Shown here: in pieces, positions 24,155 through 37,882 of the stretch
How the letters are laid out: every line of letters starts with the position of its first letter
Position numbering within the stretch: position 1 is the first letter of the stretch
Source of the DNA: Takakia lepidozioides
Taxonomy: Eukaryota > Plantae > Bryophyta
DNA: 64,000 nucleotides
NCBI GenBank assembly: GCA_030704615.1
Contig: CM060733.1
Span: 65,906,001-65,970,000, forward strand
Reading direction: 5' to 3'
Translations under genes and position numbers: made by a program
Notes under the pieces: model-generated
Seen by the model: the letters and a program-made list of their open reading frames with translations, nothing else
Told to the model about the DNA's origin: nothing
Databases searched by the model: none

Positions 24155-27100
24155 TCACTCGTATTCCGGGTTCTCCTCGGCATCAATGTCCACTGTCTCT
24201 TCCTCCGACTCCGACGAATCCGAGGAGTCTTTGACTTCGATGGGAGCCTTCACATTCCGTTGCAGCCCTTCCAGATGGGATCCCCAGACGCCTGTGTCCT
24301 CCTCGTAGGCAAAGAGGTGCCGGTCGGAAAACCGCCCAGCCCACATTGAGGCACCTGTTACAATGCCATCCACACATTATGACATGGCCCTTCAGATGTT
24401 GCGAATGAAAGCATAACGAGAGTTTGCAGAAAAGCATACAACAAGATTTTGCATACCTGTCCCACAGATGAGGTCGAGCACTGTGCCCTCCACATCAGTG
24501 CATGTCTCCATAATTGTCTGAATGAAGGCAGGGCTCCGAGTGCGTGAATACCGCAGGGGTTCAGTTGAAGTGAGGCTATGAGGGAGAAGTTCCGTGGGAA
24601 CGTTGTTGAACAGGACGTCGTAATCGATGGGGTCGCTGTTCGGGTCAACCAACAATCCCTCCTTCCGGAAAGCAAAGGTGGAGTTCTCCTTCACAAAGCA
24701 GTATGCATCGAACTGCTTCGTCTGCATACACAGTGGGGGACGATTAGAAATCGAATGCGGCACCGCATTTCAAGACTCCTAAGAAAGGACGAGTGCCAAG
24801 GTCGTAATTACCTTCTTCCCTTCCGACTGAAGGCCCAATGTGTTGATGCACGTCCACTTCTTCTTCAGAATTGGGACGGCGCTCTTGCGGGTCCACTTCG
24901 CAATTCCTGTCTGCGTGTTTTTGCCTCTGCTCGCCAGGACAACCACACAGCCTTTGTCGTCCAACACCATGCGGGCGAGCCCAAATCCTTTCTTCCAAAA
25001 GTCCTCGGAGTACCTGTTCCAAGATGGCAAAGCTTGCAGTCCTTCCACAGGCTCTCCGTCTGGAATATCCAAGATGATCATATCGCAAGACCAATCGGTG
25101 GCATTTCCGCCCCTCCTGCAATCCTTGTCTGCACACACCCTCTCAAGGAACGAGACCATCTTCAGAAATCCGGGGGTGTCGGAAGGCTCTTCGGCAGCCG
25201 CCTTCTTCAGTGCTCTGCCCTTCGGACCCTCCACGGTCTTCATGTATGCCAACTTGGCTGCCCGTCCATCCAAAGCCGCCAAGAAACTCTCATTGACACA
25301 CTGGACTACTGTATCGGGATCCACTTTCGGCCTCTTCATTTCCACCGGCTCGAAAGGGTGCCCCCCCGGGGGTTGAAGAGTGCCTTCTTTGCTGAGCCAG
25401 TTCTCGTCCCTCTCGTGACAATGGTGGGCACAGGGGATTTTGGCTCCGTCTCGGGGGGTGGGCTGGTTGCAAAGTCTCCATCGGAGTCCTCTTCCTCACC
25501 CTCTACCTGCACTATCTGTTTCTGCTTCTTCGTTTTCTTGGGTGTCACAACTGCTGGTCCTTGCTGCCGAGTCCGCTTCTTCGACCCCTTCTGTTGAGCC
25601 TGCACAGCTGCATCCACCGTCTTCTGTGCCATTTCAGCTGCCTTTCTGGATTGTTTAAGAGCAGCAGCTTCCTTTGCCGACTCTTGCCGAGCAGGGACAC
25701 GTCTTTCCTTTCTCTTCTCTTCTGCTTTCGCGTGCAGATCTTTCTCAGACTCGTCAACAATTCCGCCAGACATGTCTAGGTACCACGGGCATCCAACCAG
25801 ATGTGCGGCATGCCATTGTTTCTGCATCTCGGGTGTGTAGACACAGCTTGGGCCCGCCACGGTCCAAGCCATGAAGAACGGGGGCTCTTGAGCCAGGGCC
25901 CCTGTCTGAAGAAGCACGTATTTCATATACCTGCAGGGCAGTCAGCATGCGTGAGCAAAAGTTGAGACCAACGTACTCGCAGAGTGCAACCGAAAACATA
26001 AAATGCAAATGCGGTGCCCCATTTCCCAGACAAACCTCATTACCAGGCTTTGCATACAAGGACAGCTGGGCTTTACCTGTAAACAATTCGCATTGCAGCT
26101 TTTCCCGCTCCCTCCTGATGTGTAAACTCCACGCTCCTTCTTGTTGTCTGCAGCTCCCTGGCGAAGAGGTTGTCCTTGTAAGCACATCTGAAACGTGTCA
26201 CGTAGTCTTCCAATGTCTGTGTTCCATCCCATTTGACGTACAAGCCGAACGAATTTGTATGCATAACGACTTGCTCCTTCGCATTCGTCATTACTTGCGA
26301 TTCCCACATGCATTGTCACGTAGCAGTTCAGGGAATTCATTTCAGAAAAGCAAATCTGGGGAAGTACCTTGAATTACCTGGAACCACCAAGTCATGCGGT
26401 TGAGCCACACATCCACTGCACGGTCGGAAACTTCGAGTGGAAAAGACCACATTGTCCTTATACTCTCCGATGCATTCCAGATCGACAGCCACCGTGTCTG
26501 CCATTTCCGATCCAATGTCAGGAGCAGGAAGAAGAGTGGCTATTGCTAGGAAAGAACTTCAGTGAATTGAAACATCACCTTCTCTTTCGCTTCAACACAT
26601 GCCGTTGAGAGGTGATGCAGTTTCTCCAACTGCATGGTCGGCTGCATGGCCCGAGAATAGTGTTTTGCAATCTCGGGGATGAAGTCATTTCCAAGTGCTG
26701 GATCTGCAATGGCCACCAACTTCACAAGCTTTGACTTGTATTTCGTTCTGGACTTGACCCCGGCTTCTTTCAAGTGCTCGGTCAATGACTGCAACGTTTT
26801 GACCTACCCCTCACTTTCCATGAAGAAGCGTTTGGCATGGGCCAAATCCAGCTTGATGTTTGACTGCCAACAAAAACATGCAGAAGCGTTACATTCGATT
26901 CATGTGGAAAGATTACCGGAAATTGAGGAAGGATGAGCAGAGGGAAATGGGAGGACGACTTACTTCATATATGACCTCCACCATTCCATCCATAGTGAGA
27001 CGATACCATGTCCGGTCAGTTTTTGCCACGGCTTTCTGAATGAGCTCGGGCTCCAACATTTCCGCGAACATGTGCGGATCAGTGAGACCAGTTTTCCTCA

Positions 27101-27170
27101 CCCTGTACAGCATATGTGCCATGTGGGTATGCACGTACGCATTTTTAGTGACCCTGCAAGGCACACTCTT
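24155..27170 (-). pseudogene. ParB-MTase gene B1, 3' portion (MTase fold)
   Basis: DMIILDIPDG, RTRSPAFIQTIMETCTDVEGTVLDLICGTG, ASMWAGRFSDRHLFAYEED; stop at ~26805, frameshift at ~25365; ParB exon lost. Confidence 0.85.
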
Positions 27171-27205
27171 CAGTTCAGTCCACGAAAGCACGGACACAAA
27201 ACAGA

Positions 27206-28054
27206 TTGAGCTTTGGCGTACAGCTTCCCTTCCCGCAACTTTTGGAACACCCTTTTGAGGTGCTCCAGGTGCTCCTCCTTTGTTTTCGAGTACACCAAGA
27301 TGTCGTCGATGTACACGATCACAAAGTCATTCAACCACTCCTGAAAAAGGCTGTTCATCAGCGTGCTAAAGGTCGCTGGTGCATTGGTGAGCCCAAAAGG
27401 CATCACCAAGAACTCATATGAACCATACCTTGTCCTGCACGCGGTCTTCTCCTCATCTCCTTCCGCCACCCGAATTTGATGATAGCCGGAGCGCAAGTCG
27501 ATCCGGCTGAAATACTTCGCTCCTGCCAACCGATCGAAGAGGTCGTCGATCCTTGGCAAAGGGTACCGGTTTTTGATAGTCACCTTATTCAGAGCCCTGT
27601 AATTGACACACATCCGCAGCGTCCCATCCTTCTTGTCTGCGAATAGCACCGGGGCTCCGTAAGGTGACTTACTCGGCCGGATGTACCCCTTTGACATTAG
27701 ATCCTTGAGCTGAGTCTTCAACTCGACCAACTCTCTGTGGCTCAACCGGTAGGGCGCCTTGGCAGGCGGTTCCGATCCTGGTATCACCTCAATCTTGTGG
27801 TCAACTCCTCTTCGCGGTGGCAAGCCGCTTGGTAAATCCTCCGGCATCACATCCTGGTATTTCTCCAAAATCCCCTTGATCCAATCTGGGTTCGGCTCCC
27901 CATCGCCTTCTCCCTTCACTTCTCTAATGTAAAGCAAAACTGGGGTTCGTGTGCCTCCTCCACGGCCCACTCCCTTGCTGACAGAAGGTTTATTCGCCCT
28001 CCCACGGATTTGGGCATTTCCGACACTCGTAAGACCTCGCCACCATTCCCACAT
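27206..28054 (-). pseudogene. pol: Reverse transcriptase, truncated
   Basis: [47 protein letters not shown]. Confidence 0.92.
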
Positions 28055-29298
28055 GGCAGCGTGACTACTCTCTTGCGGCCATCTATGACCGCTCCGGATT
28101 TACTCAGAAAGGTCATCCCCAAAATGAGATCTACTCCATCGATCTCGCAGATGGTGAAGTTCTCACGTCCCTCCCAACTCCCCAGTTTAAGAGGAACATT
28201 AAACGCCAACCTTGTCGCCAACTGTGGTTCTCCTTTGGCAGAATGCACCTCAATAGAGGCCCCCACGTCACTTGTCGGGAGTCCCAGCTTTTGTGCCGCC
28301 GCCGGTGTCATGAAGGAGTGCGACGCTCCTGTGTCCACTAACAACGACACATTAGTTCCGGATATTATCCTATCCACAAACAATAATTGACTCCCTTTAC
28401 GCAGGGCGCCAGTTTCCTGATACAACTCACAAGAATAGTTGCCTACCTTGCAAGTCCTGGCGACCACCGCTTCCACCAAGCGACTGATGGTATCTTCCGA
28501 CAGCTCCGTGGTCGCCCGAGTCATGTTCAATTGCCGGGGCTTCGTGCACTTCTTGGCCATGTGCCCGGGCTCCCCGCAATTGAAACACACTCCATCAAAG
28601 GTCGCCTTCTGTCCGCCATAAGCCGCTCCACCCGCTTTTCCTTTTGAAGCACCGGGTGCCGCCTTGACGTGTGAAGGCCCTCCCTTCGATTTCCACGTGC
28701 CATTATCGCCGCGTGGCCTATCCCACTTCTTTTCCAGTCGGGAGGAGTCACCTTCCCGCCGGGTCTTCTTGTGGTTTAGCTCCGTACGGCCTTGTCTCTC
28801 ACCCCTAGGGACATCCGAGAAACATTCAGCCCTCTCAATTGCCTCGTTCAAAGTCTTGGGTGGCTTCTCCTCCAACTTCCACCTGGCCCATGGGGCCAGT
28901 CCCGCCACAAAGTTGAAGACCATTTCTGGTTCTGCCATGTCCGCGACTTCGAGCAACAGCACATTGAAAGCCTGGACATACCCCCGAATGTCATCTGTTT
29001 GCTTCAAATTCCTCATCTTGTCCCGGGCAAGCCAGGACGCGTTGAGGGGCACAAACTGTCTCTTCATCAATTCCTTGAACCCACTCCAGTTCAAGGTTTC
29101 CGGGCTTGGGCCTCGGTCGTGAAGGCGTTTCTGCCACCATTGTTGAGCATAGCCCCTCAAATAGGTGGGAGCCACTTCCACCCGATCCTCGTCACTCAAC
29201 TTGGCCGCCCGGAAGTACTGCTCTAGCTCCAGGAGCCAGGTGTTGAGTGCCTTCCGATTTCGAACGCCCTCGAAGGTGCCGGGTTCCTTAGGCTTCAC
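27916..29298 (-). CDS. gag-pro: Gag (CCHC knuckle) - aspartic protease
   Basis: Retrotrans-gag-like [43 protein letters not shown]. Confidence 0.9.
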   Translation of the reverse strand: MKPKEPGTFEGVRNRKALNTWLLELEQYFRAAKLSDEDRVEVAPTYLRGYAQQWWQKRLHDRGPSPETLNWSGFKELMKRQFVPLNASWLARDKMRNLKQTDDIRGYVQAFNVLLLEVADMAEPEMVFNFVAGLAPWARWKLEEKPPKTLNEAIERAECFSDVPRGERQGRTELNHKKTRREGDSSRLEKKWDRPRGDNGTWKSKGGPSHVKAAPGASKGKAGGAAYGGQKATFDGVCFNCGEPGHMAKKCTKPRQLNMTRATTELSEDTISRLVEAVVARTCKVGNYSCELYQETGALRKGSQLLFVDRIISGTNVSLLVDTGASHSFMTPAAAQKLGLPTSDVGASIEVHSAKGEPQLATRLAFNVPLKLGSWEGRENFTICEIDGVDLILGMTFLSKSGAVIDGRKRVVTLPCGNGGEVLRVSEMPKSVGGRINLLSAREWAVEEAHEPQFCFTLEK

Positions 29299-29650
29299 CT
29301 TAAACTTTGCCTAAGTGGAAGTGGCATTAGCCGCCTTCAACACGTCTTCCAACGTCCCGCCAAACTGCGCCAACAACCCTTCCCAAAAGGCTGCCGGCAT
29401 GGGAGGCATCTCTTGGTTTGTCGGAGCTCTCAAGGATTCCTCGGGCTCTGACTCCTCGGATTCCTTGAGCGGCCTCGTTTTCGGAAACATTCATCGCTTC
29501 CTCAAACGGCCGCCTCGCACGTCGCCCCCATCGGGCTCACCAGGATCATCATCTTTTGGGCCGTTCCGCTTTCGCTTTGGCTTGCCCGACCCCATGATGA
29601 GGCCAATCCCAAGGACGATCGCGTATTGAACTCTAAGCTCTGATACCACG

Positions 29651-30376
29651 TGTCGCGCACCTCACTTCGGTAAGCTCCCCCTCAAGTCATAGTTACTCGC
29701 TTTGATGCGTGTGCCTGACTCCCAACCTGGCCGCCCGGGCCAACTTGGAGCTTCGGCTGCTCACCGGGACATAACGGTCCCCCTTCGCTTCCCTCTAAAC
29801 CCTCCACCTATTTGGGACTAGGAGAATTCCCTTTGGTAGATGGCAGTCCAGAACAGCTCCCCTCTCTTTGGTCGCTTTCCGGCTCGTTCGCTCACTCACT
29901 AGTTTTTGGTCACCAACGGGCTTGCACCATTCTCGGGGTTACTACTCCCTATATATACTTCTGTAGCTGTCCGCGGGGGTTTCATAACCAGCCATGCCAT
30001 TTTATGGCGAACCACCACGAAAACCCTCGACTCCCGGTGATGAGTCGCGGTGAGTCTTGGCCCACTCATCACGGCCCCTATGGACCGTGATGAGTCCCAA
30101 GACTCCCCACGACTCCCACCACGAGGTCTCCGCCCCCATGGTGAGTCCTATGCCACCCCCACTAAGTCCCGCTAAGCTACCACCACCCCTTGTGGAGCCA
30201 CCCCCACTGCAACCCGGTGTGCGGGGCTCCACCTAGTGAGCGCCTCCGCCTCCTTGAGTGCCTTGGGCACTCAAGGGTGCTTCAGCCCCCCATACCTATT
30301 GCTGCCGATGCCCCCACTACAGGGGCAGCCCCTCATGTGTCCCGACCCCCTGCCCTCAAGGCAAAGGGCCGCGACA
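29651..30376 (-). repeat. 5' LTR (726 bp) of the Gypsy element
   Basis: Terminal inverted TGTCGCG/CGCGACA, adjacent to the tRNA-iMet PBS. Confidence 0.88.
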
Positions 30377-33154
30377 ACGTACTTTACCATCCGCGACTTG
30401 TACTTCATGCGGGCCTTCGCCTCCGCAGCTTTGAGATACGATTCCAGTGCCGGAAGGGTTAGTTTCTTCTCCTCTGACTCCATGTAGAACCTCCGCGCAT
30501 GTGCCAAATCCTACTGAATTTTCGTCTGTCAAGAATGTGCACATAAGATTAGACATCCTGCTCAACACTTTTTCTTCTATGGGGGGAGGAGAGACAGATT
30601 AGCTCAACAAAACAGTGAGGAGCTTTACCCAAAATATGTAGTCCACCATGGCATCCATGCTCAGCCTATACCAGGTTCTGTCTGCCTTTGCCTCCGACTT
30701 GCGCAGGAGGTCGGCACTGAGCAAATTGGCAAACTCTTGCACCCCCTGCTTCCCAACATCCTTCACTTGGAAGAGCATATGGGACAAGTTGGTGGCAATG
30801 AAGGCATTCTCAGTCACCCTGCAATGCCACATTTCCATTAAACAATACAGAAATGAGAATTTGCAACAAATATGACGATTGGCAATGAAATGTCTGTTTC
30901 AAATTCAAAGTTCCAAAGCAAGAAGCATTGTAACTTACGAGTTGATGTCTGCCATTGCCGCTTTGAGAAGACTGCGATCTTTGGGCCCCGCAACCTTGAG
31001 CACAACACAGTCCATGGCGAAATGCCAATCCAGGTCTTTGGGGTGGGCTTGGGCTATGTACTCCATCCATGCCAGGAGGCGATGATTGCCGTCCCACACG
31101 TAAAACATCTTTCAGGACAAGTGCTGGAAAAGAGGATCAGTAGCAATCAATCTCTCGAACTCCTCATTTTGCCTTTGCCAATGGGGACCCCATTTGTCCA
31201 CCTCATCGGAAGTGTGGGCACGAGAAGCTCCGTGGTCGTTCTCCATGGAAACGTAAAACGCGGCAGACCCCATTCGATATCCCTCCTGGAAAGAGAATTT
31301 CAGCTTGTCGATATCGCCTGGGAGGTCAGGTCTGACCACCTGCAATGAAACCAAGTGGCAAAGGGGAATCTGAAGCTTGGCTGGGTACACCATGCCCCCC
31401 AGGACCTTGCCAATGTTGCTGTGGGTTGCCTCCAACATCTTGGCAGCGGCCAACTTCATATCCGCCTCCGACATGACGTCTGTTGCAGGGGGGTTCTCCG
31501 GCAGCCCACCCGGACCGCCAAATCCAGCATGTATGCTCCGGGTTTGGGGCCTGGGGATGTCCGGGAGGATGTCATCCTGGTCAGAAAGCTCCCTCTCGTC
31601 GTCCTCAACATGGTCAACCACCGCCGGAACCACCTCGAGCACTCTCCCCGTCTCTACTGCCCTCTCCCCGGCTTCACCTCGAACTTGCACAATCCGTGCT
31701 CTTTGTGGTGTTCTTTCCCCTCCTCCAGTCTCCACCGTATGCGTAATTGCGGGGGCTACTCCTGCCCGCAATGGTGTAACCGGTGTGTTACTGCCTCTTT
31801 GTGGTGTCTTGGAGGGATCCACCGTCTCTGTGCGTCCCTCGCTTACATGGGCATCTGTCATTTTGACACCCCTGGCCTCTTCAGTGGCCTTTTCTCTTTC
31901 CTCCTGGCTAGCCTTCTGTCTCGCCTGTTCTTTTGCCCTCTCTTTTGCCCTCTCACGGGCTTTCTGTTTCTTACTAGGGGTAGCAGCAGGGGAGCCCTCT
32001 AGGACGACCACCTTTGATTGAGGCGAACTGACACCCTCGCGCGCCCTACTCACTCCCCCCTCAGCAGCCCGTGACGGCTCTCTCGCCGGGGATTGCATGT
32101 GCTTGGCTTTCTTCTGCTTCTTTGCATGGGCGGGCCCTACTGCATGTGCATCAACATCTTCCATTGCCGGATTTACTGTCCTCATCCAATGCCCTTCACC
32201 TGCCATGCCGCCTGCACCAACCTCCCCAATGCCTATTCTGTCGTACTCTCGCTGCAGGTCCTCCCGTCCACCAACAAAAGGTTTTAGTTTGCCCTCCCGC
32301 CCCAAGTTGGGCGATCCAAACATGCGATGAGTAGCGGCTTTTGGAGTGACTGCTCAAGCAGTTGGAGCTGTCGATGATACCACCAGCGTGTCGGGCTCGT
32401 CGTCACTCTGTCATCCCCAAAAATCGTGAGAACCAACATCGGAATGAAAACCACCATCGCAATGAGCATCGCAACCACCATCGCCACAATCGTGGAACAA
32501 CAATGAAAACAAAAAAAAACCAAGTATGGAGTGGCATGGAACAACAATGAAAACAAATCGAACCAATGCACAAGCAGCCTTCTCCAGAGTTGCCGGCTTT
32601 GCACACGCATTGCAAACTATCTAAGGTTCACTCAACCAGTAGCATGGAACACAATGAACAAATGAACACGAATTCCATAAGACGGGAAAATAGGGTGAAA
32701 TGTTTTGAAGGCACTTCATCTGCTCAGACAATCTTCTCAACTCAGCATGGATTTCCTTAATGCCGAGCTGCAACCTGTTATCTACAGCGAGGTGTGCACC
32801 ATGTTACAAATCTGAATGCAACAACGGCCTGGCTCCTTTCTAACCACTCTGACCTTGATCATTCTTCTCAACAACTCCTGCTTTTGCGATGCAACCATGC
32901 GCTTCCAGCTGCCAGGCGGAAGATACGAAAACAAACAAAAAAAACGAAGAAAATCGAAAGAGGAAGGGGCGGACCTGAGAGTGCTCGGCTTCAGTTGTCG
33001 CGGGCTGTGAGCAAGACAATGGAATTTCCTGCTGTAGCTTAAGTTTGGCCATGCGAGAGGTTGGACGTCGCCCGTAGTACAAAGCCTTCAGCTTCCGCCG
33101 CGGTCTGGATGTGGGGTCTCTCTCAGGAGAGCCACGCCCTTCTCTACGCGGCAT
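30377..33154 (-). pseudogene. ParB-MTase gene, family C, 5' half (ParB/Srx domain)
   Basis: Exon 1 RPRRKLKALYYGRRP (cf. B RPRRKLRKLYFGRRP); IPLCHLVSLQVVRPDLPGDIDKLKFSFQEGY; *KMFYVWDGNHRLLAW with a nonsense codon at 31112; cut by the Gypsy LTR. Confidence 0.85.
32741..32870 (-). other. Captured PPR E+ domain fragment inside intron 1 of the family-C gene
   Basis: Aligns with 15605-15735 (ctcagcatggatttccttaa...cctggctcctttctaa...tcattcttctca). Confidence 0.7.
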
Positions 33155-33239
33155 AAGTCCCAGCAAAAGAAAAAAGATCTCGCCACATGCCTCCAATAGA
33201 AGTTCATCCAAGTTTAATCCTGCAGGTAAGTCGGAGCGC

Positions 33240-33860
33240 GGCCGGATGGAAATCCGGCGCCGAATTTCCATCCGCCAGGTAAGTCGGAGCTCGCCCGGAT
33301 GGAAATCTGGCGCCGAATTTCCATCCTGCAGGTAATTCGGTCCACCTCATCGATGGAAAACCGACAACGAATTTGTCTTTAGCGAACCAAAATGGTGGGA
33401 ATAACGTGCGAAATGTGGCATGTAGGCAAAAAACTCCTAGTTTAGTGTGTAGCCATACAAAAAAACGCGAAAAACTTGATGCAACGACTATAAGTTGTTG
33501 AAGAAGTGCCGATACGGGCTTCATCTTACGGGCCTCGGATGGAAATTCGGCGCCGAATTTCCATCCTGCAGGTAATTCAGAGCGCGGACGGATGGAAATT
33601 CGGCGCCGTTTTTCCATCCGGGGGATGTTCTCTTTCGGCCAGCTGTCGGCCTCCGATGGAAATTCGGCGCCGTTTTTCCATCTGGGGGATGATCTCAGTC
33701 GGCCAGGTGTTGGCCTCTCCCCCCGAGATGACTTCATCCAACGGGCCTCGGATGGAAATTCGGCGCTGTTTTTCCATCCGGGGGATGTTCTCTGTCGGCC
33801 TCTCCCCCCGAAACGACTTCATCCAACGGGCCTCGGATGCAAATTCGGCGCCGCTGTTGT
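33240..33860. repeat. Family-C palindrome array GGATGGAAATTCGG-CG-CCGAATTTCCATCC in the divergent promoter region
   Basis: Copies at about 33244, 33297, 33537, 33590, 33655, 33750 and 33836. Confidence 0.9.
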
Positions 33861-34271
33861 ATGTTTACTTTTGGCGGCGAGATTCTGGCACTCAATCTTG
33901 TAATCAGACCCGCTGGAATGCCACCTCTGTCAGTTCCTTCTGTCCATGGGGAAGGTGCTTGCACGCTCGCGCCCCCATGCTTCTTGTCAGACGCCGTAAT
34001 GATTGGTTTGCGCAGCGCATCTGCACAGGTCATATACCTTCTAACTGCATACTGTTGGCAGTTATTGCGCAAAGGCCAGGGGCCGCATTTCGCAGACAAG
34101 GTTCATTAACTCTCTGACAGTGGAATTTCGGGAGAGTGGGCTCCCCGGATTCGTGAATAGGCTTCGTCGCTTGCAAAAATTGGCCCTGCATTCCTTCCCC
34201 TCGCTGCATCCCCCCTTCTCCCAGGGCGCTTGTCCGAACGCCGTCCTGGCAGTCTTGTGTGCACAACTCCC

Positions 34272-37031
34272 ATGGCAGAAAACCCGAGCGCTATAGTGTA
34301 CTGCCCTCCTCACGAGCATAGAGCTACATTTCCGTGCAGAGGGGAGATCTGTCGGGTGATGGAGAAATATCTCTGCGTTTGATACCACCTGAAACTGGGG
34401 TCGGTATTTTTGGAGGAGGAAAGGAAGGATTCAAACGGAGTTGTAGTCGAAAGTATTGTTGTGCTCCACGATGATTTTGGCGACGGCAGGGAATGGCGAG
34501 TTCTTCCATTGGACAACGTCATATACAGGGCTGTTGGGGACTTCATTTGCCCCCCAAATGCGCCTTCTATCCTGCCGCCTTCCACGAAACAATCAGCGAA
34601 TCAGAGAGTGGGTACCTCAAAGAGAGAAGTCCGCAACGAAGTAAATCCAGAGCCGAACCCATCAACGAAGACGAGCGAGAACCGGGTTGTTCACAACCTG
34701 TCCGACTCCGACGAGATCATGGAAGTTCCGAGATCATCCTGGAGATCAGGCAAGTCCTCAATGGACATCAGCGGACGAGGGAGTCATATTCCCAGCACAA
34801 ACACAACAGTTCGATCCATTCTTGAAATTCTGCGAGGGCTTCACATGGAGGGACACCGCTTGGAGCTGGCTGGGCTGGACTACAACAAGTTTGCCATTAA
34901 ATCCATTACATGCCTTCCCGCAGACGTCGATGGTAATATGTTCTTTGAGTTCCCTCCTCGAACGGACTATTCGAGGGCGTCCAGAATGTTGACAGATATG
35001 GATAGGAAACATGACGGTCATCCTTGGTGCGTCACCAAAACCACCAGCATAAAGATGCTCGATGGTGTGCGGGTGCGCTACGTTGTTTGTCGGGCGCGTT
35101 GCGGTGTTTCTCCCCAACTTACTTCCATTTTAAATCCAGAGGTCACAGGAACGAGACGGATTGGATAGGCACAGCTCATCAACCATTTTGAGCTCAGGAG
35201 AAGGTTCCAAACTCCACATTTAAGTGTGCGCATTGCAAAGAACCACCACATTGCATGTCTGTTTGTAATGCCAAGCAGTTCTATGTGTTGCATTGTTTCC
35301 CTGACCTCACACGAGCTTGCATACACGTTGGTTCCCATTGTCACAAATTGGCGAGGAGGAACTCGCGGGAGGCTGCCCACGAGGCAGAGCAGCTCGTTCA
35401 GGAGGAGGTTAGGTTGAGACCTGGTGCCAAACCCAAACAGATACAGCTGCAGGCCGCCCATAAGATGGCATTGGCCAGAATTATGTCGGAAGACGGCTCC
35501 GACAGAGTTCCTCTCGATGAGAAGGAAATGGAGGCATTGCTGGAGTTGGTGTCCCACGTCTGTTCACCAAATGTCCGAAACCACATTGTCGCCTGCAAAC
35601 AGAAAATTGGGCGTGGCTCGGATATGCACTCCATTCTGGAGGTGAAGCGACGATGTGGATATGACTACATTCATGGAAGTAGGTTTCCAGGACAAGGGAC
35701 TGAGGCAGATTGTTGTTTCGTATTCAAAATGTCCACGTGTGGGCCTGGCAGTGGCGTCGAACTGGTCGACCGGATGACGAGTGGGGACTTGTCAAACAGT
35801 TGGGTCATGTTCGACCATATCAAGCGAATTACAAATCACCAGTGGGTGACAATGGCTGCATATGTCTACGATACCCACTGCAGGATGCTAATGACAATTG
35901 CTATTTGTGAGATGAAAGGAGAGGACACACGATCGGAGATGCTTCTTTGGCAGGGAATAAATGAACAGATGGCCAGGGCGGGATTGCCCCCTCCCAATTT
36001 CCGTGGTTTCATGGCGGACAACGCACAAGCAAATTGGGCTGTCATCCGAAGGGTGTACGGGGAAGACCCCAATGTTCCGATGGAAGGTAAGGAGAGATCT
36101 TGTGGGTTCCATTTTCTGCAGAGCTTGTCGCAGTATACAACCCGGCTCGTGGCGCCAGATTTCAGAGAGGAGAACCGTTCCATGTGTCTTGTGTGGAAGC
36201 GTGCTCCAACCTTGGATGATGCAGAGACACAATTTGCATGTATACGGGCTTGGTGGACAACGTCAGGAGCTATAAAGAAATCAGACGAGGGAGCAATGGT
36301 CAGTTGGCTAGCATGGTGGCATTATCGTTTCCTCCAGTTCGGCGACTATATGCGGGAGGTGAGTTGGACGAATTCGCGTCACATTGAATATTATGTTATT
36401 CTTTCTTTATAACTTGCTTGTAACCTCAACATGTGCATGTCCAGGAAATGTGTCTGGACTCCAACACCGACATGCCGATAACAAACATGGCCGAATCAGT
36501 ACATTCTTCCTGGCGTGCCTCCTCTGCGGCGCATCTGGTGGACATCCTCACTGCCACAACGGAGAACATTGTCAGGTCAATTATGCAGCAATGCAGGTAC
36601 AACGAGTTCTTGAAAGGGAAACAATGGGGCTTGGGGCCGGACAGGCAGGAAATGCTGATGCGGACTGCCTCCAGATCGAAGAATCCTCGCAAGTGGGCGG
36701 CAGCCTTGCGAGAAGGCCTTCGGGATACGCCATTGCTTCGAAGAGGCCAACACTTGGAAGGAGATGTTCACACCCATCCAGTGAGACGAAGACTTGACGA
36801 GGCACCTGGCGGAGAAGAGGATTCATGGCGAGCTGACAAGAATATTCGCACGCTCCCTCGTGGTCCCGTGATGTTGCCCAAGGAGGTCTCGTCGAGCACC
36901 GCAAGTCCTGCACGTTCAAGATTGCCATCTCTTTTGAGCACAGGGCACGTGCCCGCAGAACATAACGAGCCATCTGTAGTAACGCAGTACAACATACCCA
37001 TTGTGGAGACAAGAGTGTCGGAGTCACAGTG
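34272..37031 (+). pseudogene. MULE transposase, family C, 5' part (GCM-like Zn domain + DDE)
   Basis: VMFDHIKR, FMADNAQA, SCGFH, TNMAESVH; stop at 34380 and frameshift near 35095; interrupted at ESQW/RIA by B2. Confidence 0.88.
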
Positions 37032-37882
37032 GAGGTTTACTATTTCATGAGCAGAAACCATGAGCCATGAGCCATGAGCCGCATGAGCCGCATGAGCGGT
37101 GAGCCGAAGTCTAAGATACGCGGATTTCATGAGCGGACTCCTCCAAATTTGGAAATGCGGCAGATTAAACAAGTATTAAAATAATAGTTTTTTATTTGAC
37201 CTTGCCGTTTTTGGACGTTCCAGATCATGTAATGCGGCGAAGATATGTCGTCAGTAACAAGTCCGCTCATGGTTTTATAGATCCGCTCATGGAAATAAGT
37301 GACCGTGCAACGGGAAATCCAGTATACCACTGCAAAAGGACGTCGCATACTGGCCTGTATAGAGTATTCCGCGGTTTTACATGCCTTAACATTGGAATGA
37401 AGCTGACCCTTTTGCCGCGATTGAACCAATGGAGTCTGCACCAATACAGTCTGCAGTACTTCACAATTCTGTCTTCTTCGGGTATTCGGCGGGAAAGGTT
37501 TGCAACTGAACTGGGAAATAGGGTGCCGCATTAGGGTTCGCACGTGCGAAATTTCGGAGCGGTTTGGTGTTGGCGAAGGCCGCCTCTGGGGGTACCTACG
37601 ACGATACTTGGAAATTCGGCGCCGCATTTCCTTGTCGGAGGTCGAATGAGGAGAGCAAGTTTTCGGAAAGCAGAAAAACATGAACCCTCCAACATACAAA
37701 AATACATGCACGTGGAAACAAGTGAACGATATAGTAATATCTTAGTTCGATCAAAACAGGTTACTGGTAGGCAAGACATATGTCGGACCTTTGTGTGGCC
37801 AGAGTCTGAGGTACTGGCAGCAGTACAGTTCTACTATCCGAAAAGGATGGGCGTACCATTGTATGTGGACCGCAAGCCAAGC

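Larger units (their letters stand above)
19521..27205 (-). mobile_element. Family B element copy 1 (one terminus; truncated at the Gypsy RT junction)
   Basis: Begins GGGGGCTGCTATTTCATGAGC(CATGAGC)n; inverted homolog of ~45555-51771. Confidence 0.88.
27206..30376 (-). mobile_element. Ty3/Gypsy LTR retrotransposon, 3'-truncated (5' LTR, PBS, gag, protease, partial RT)
   Basis: LTR 29651-30376 with TGTCGCG...CGCGACA ends; PBS TGGTATCAGAGC at 29648-29637; no RNase H, integrase or 3' LTR. Inserted in the KYV/AVAD codons of the family-C gene. Confidence 0.92.
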
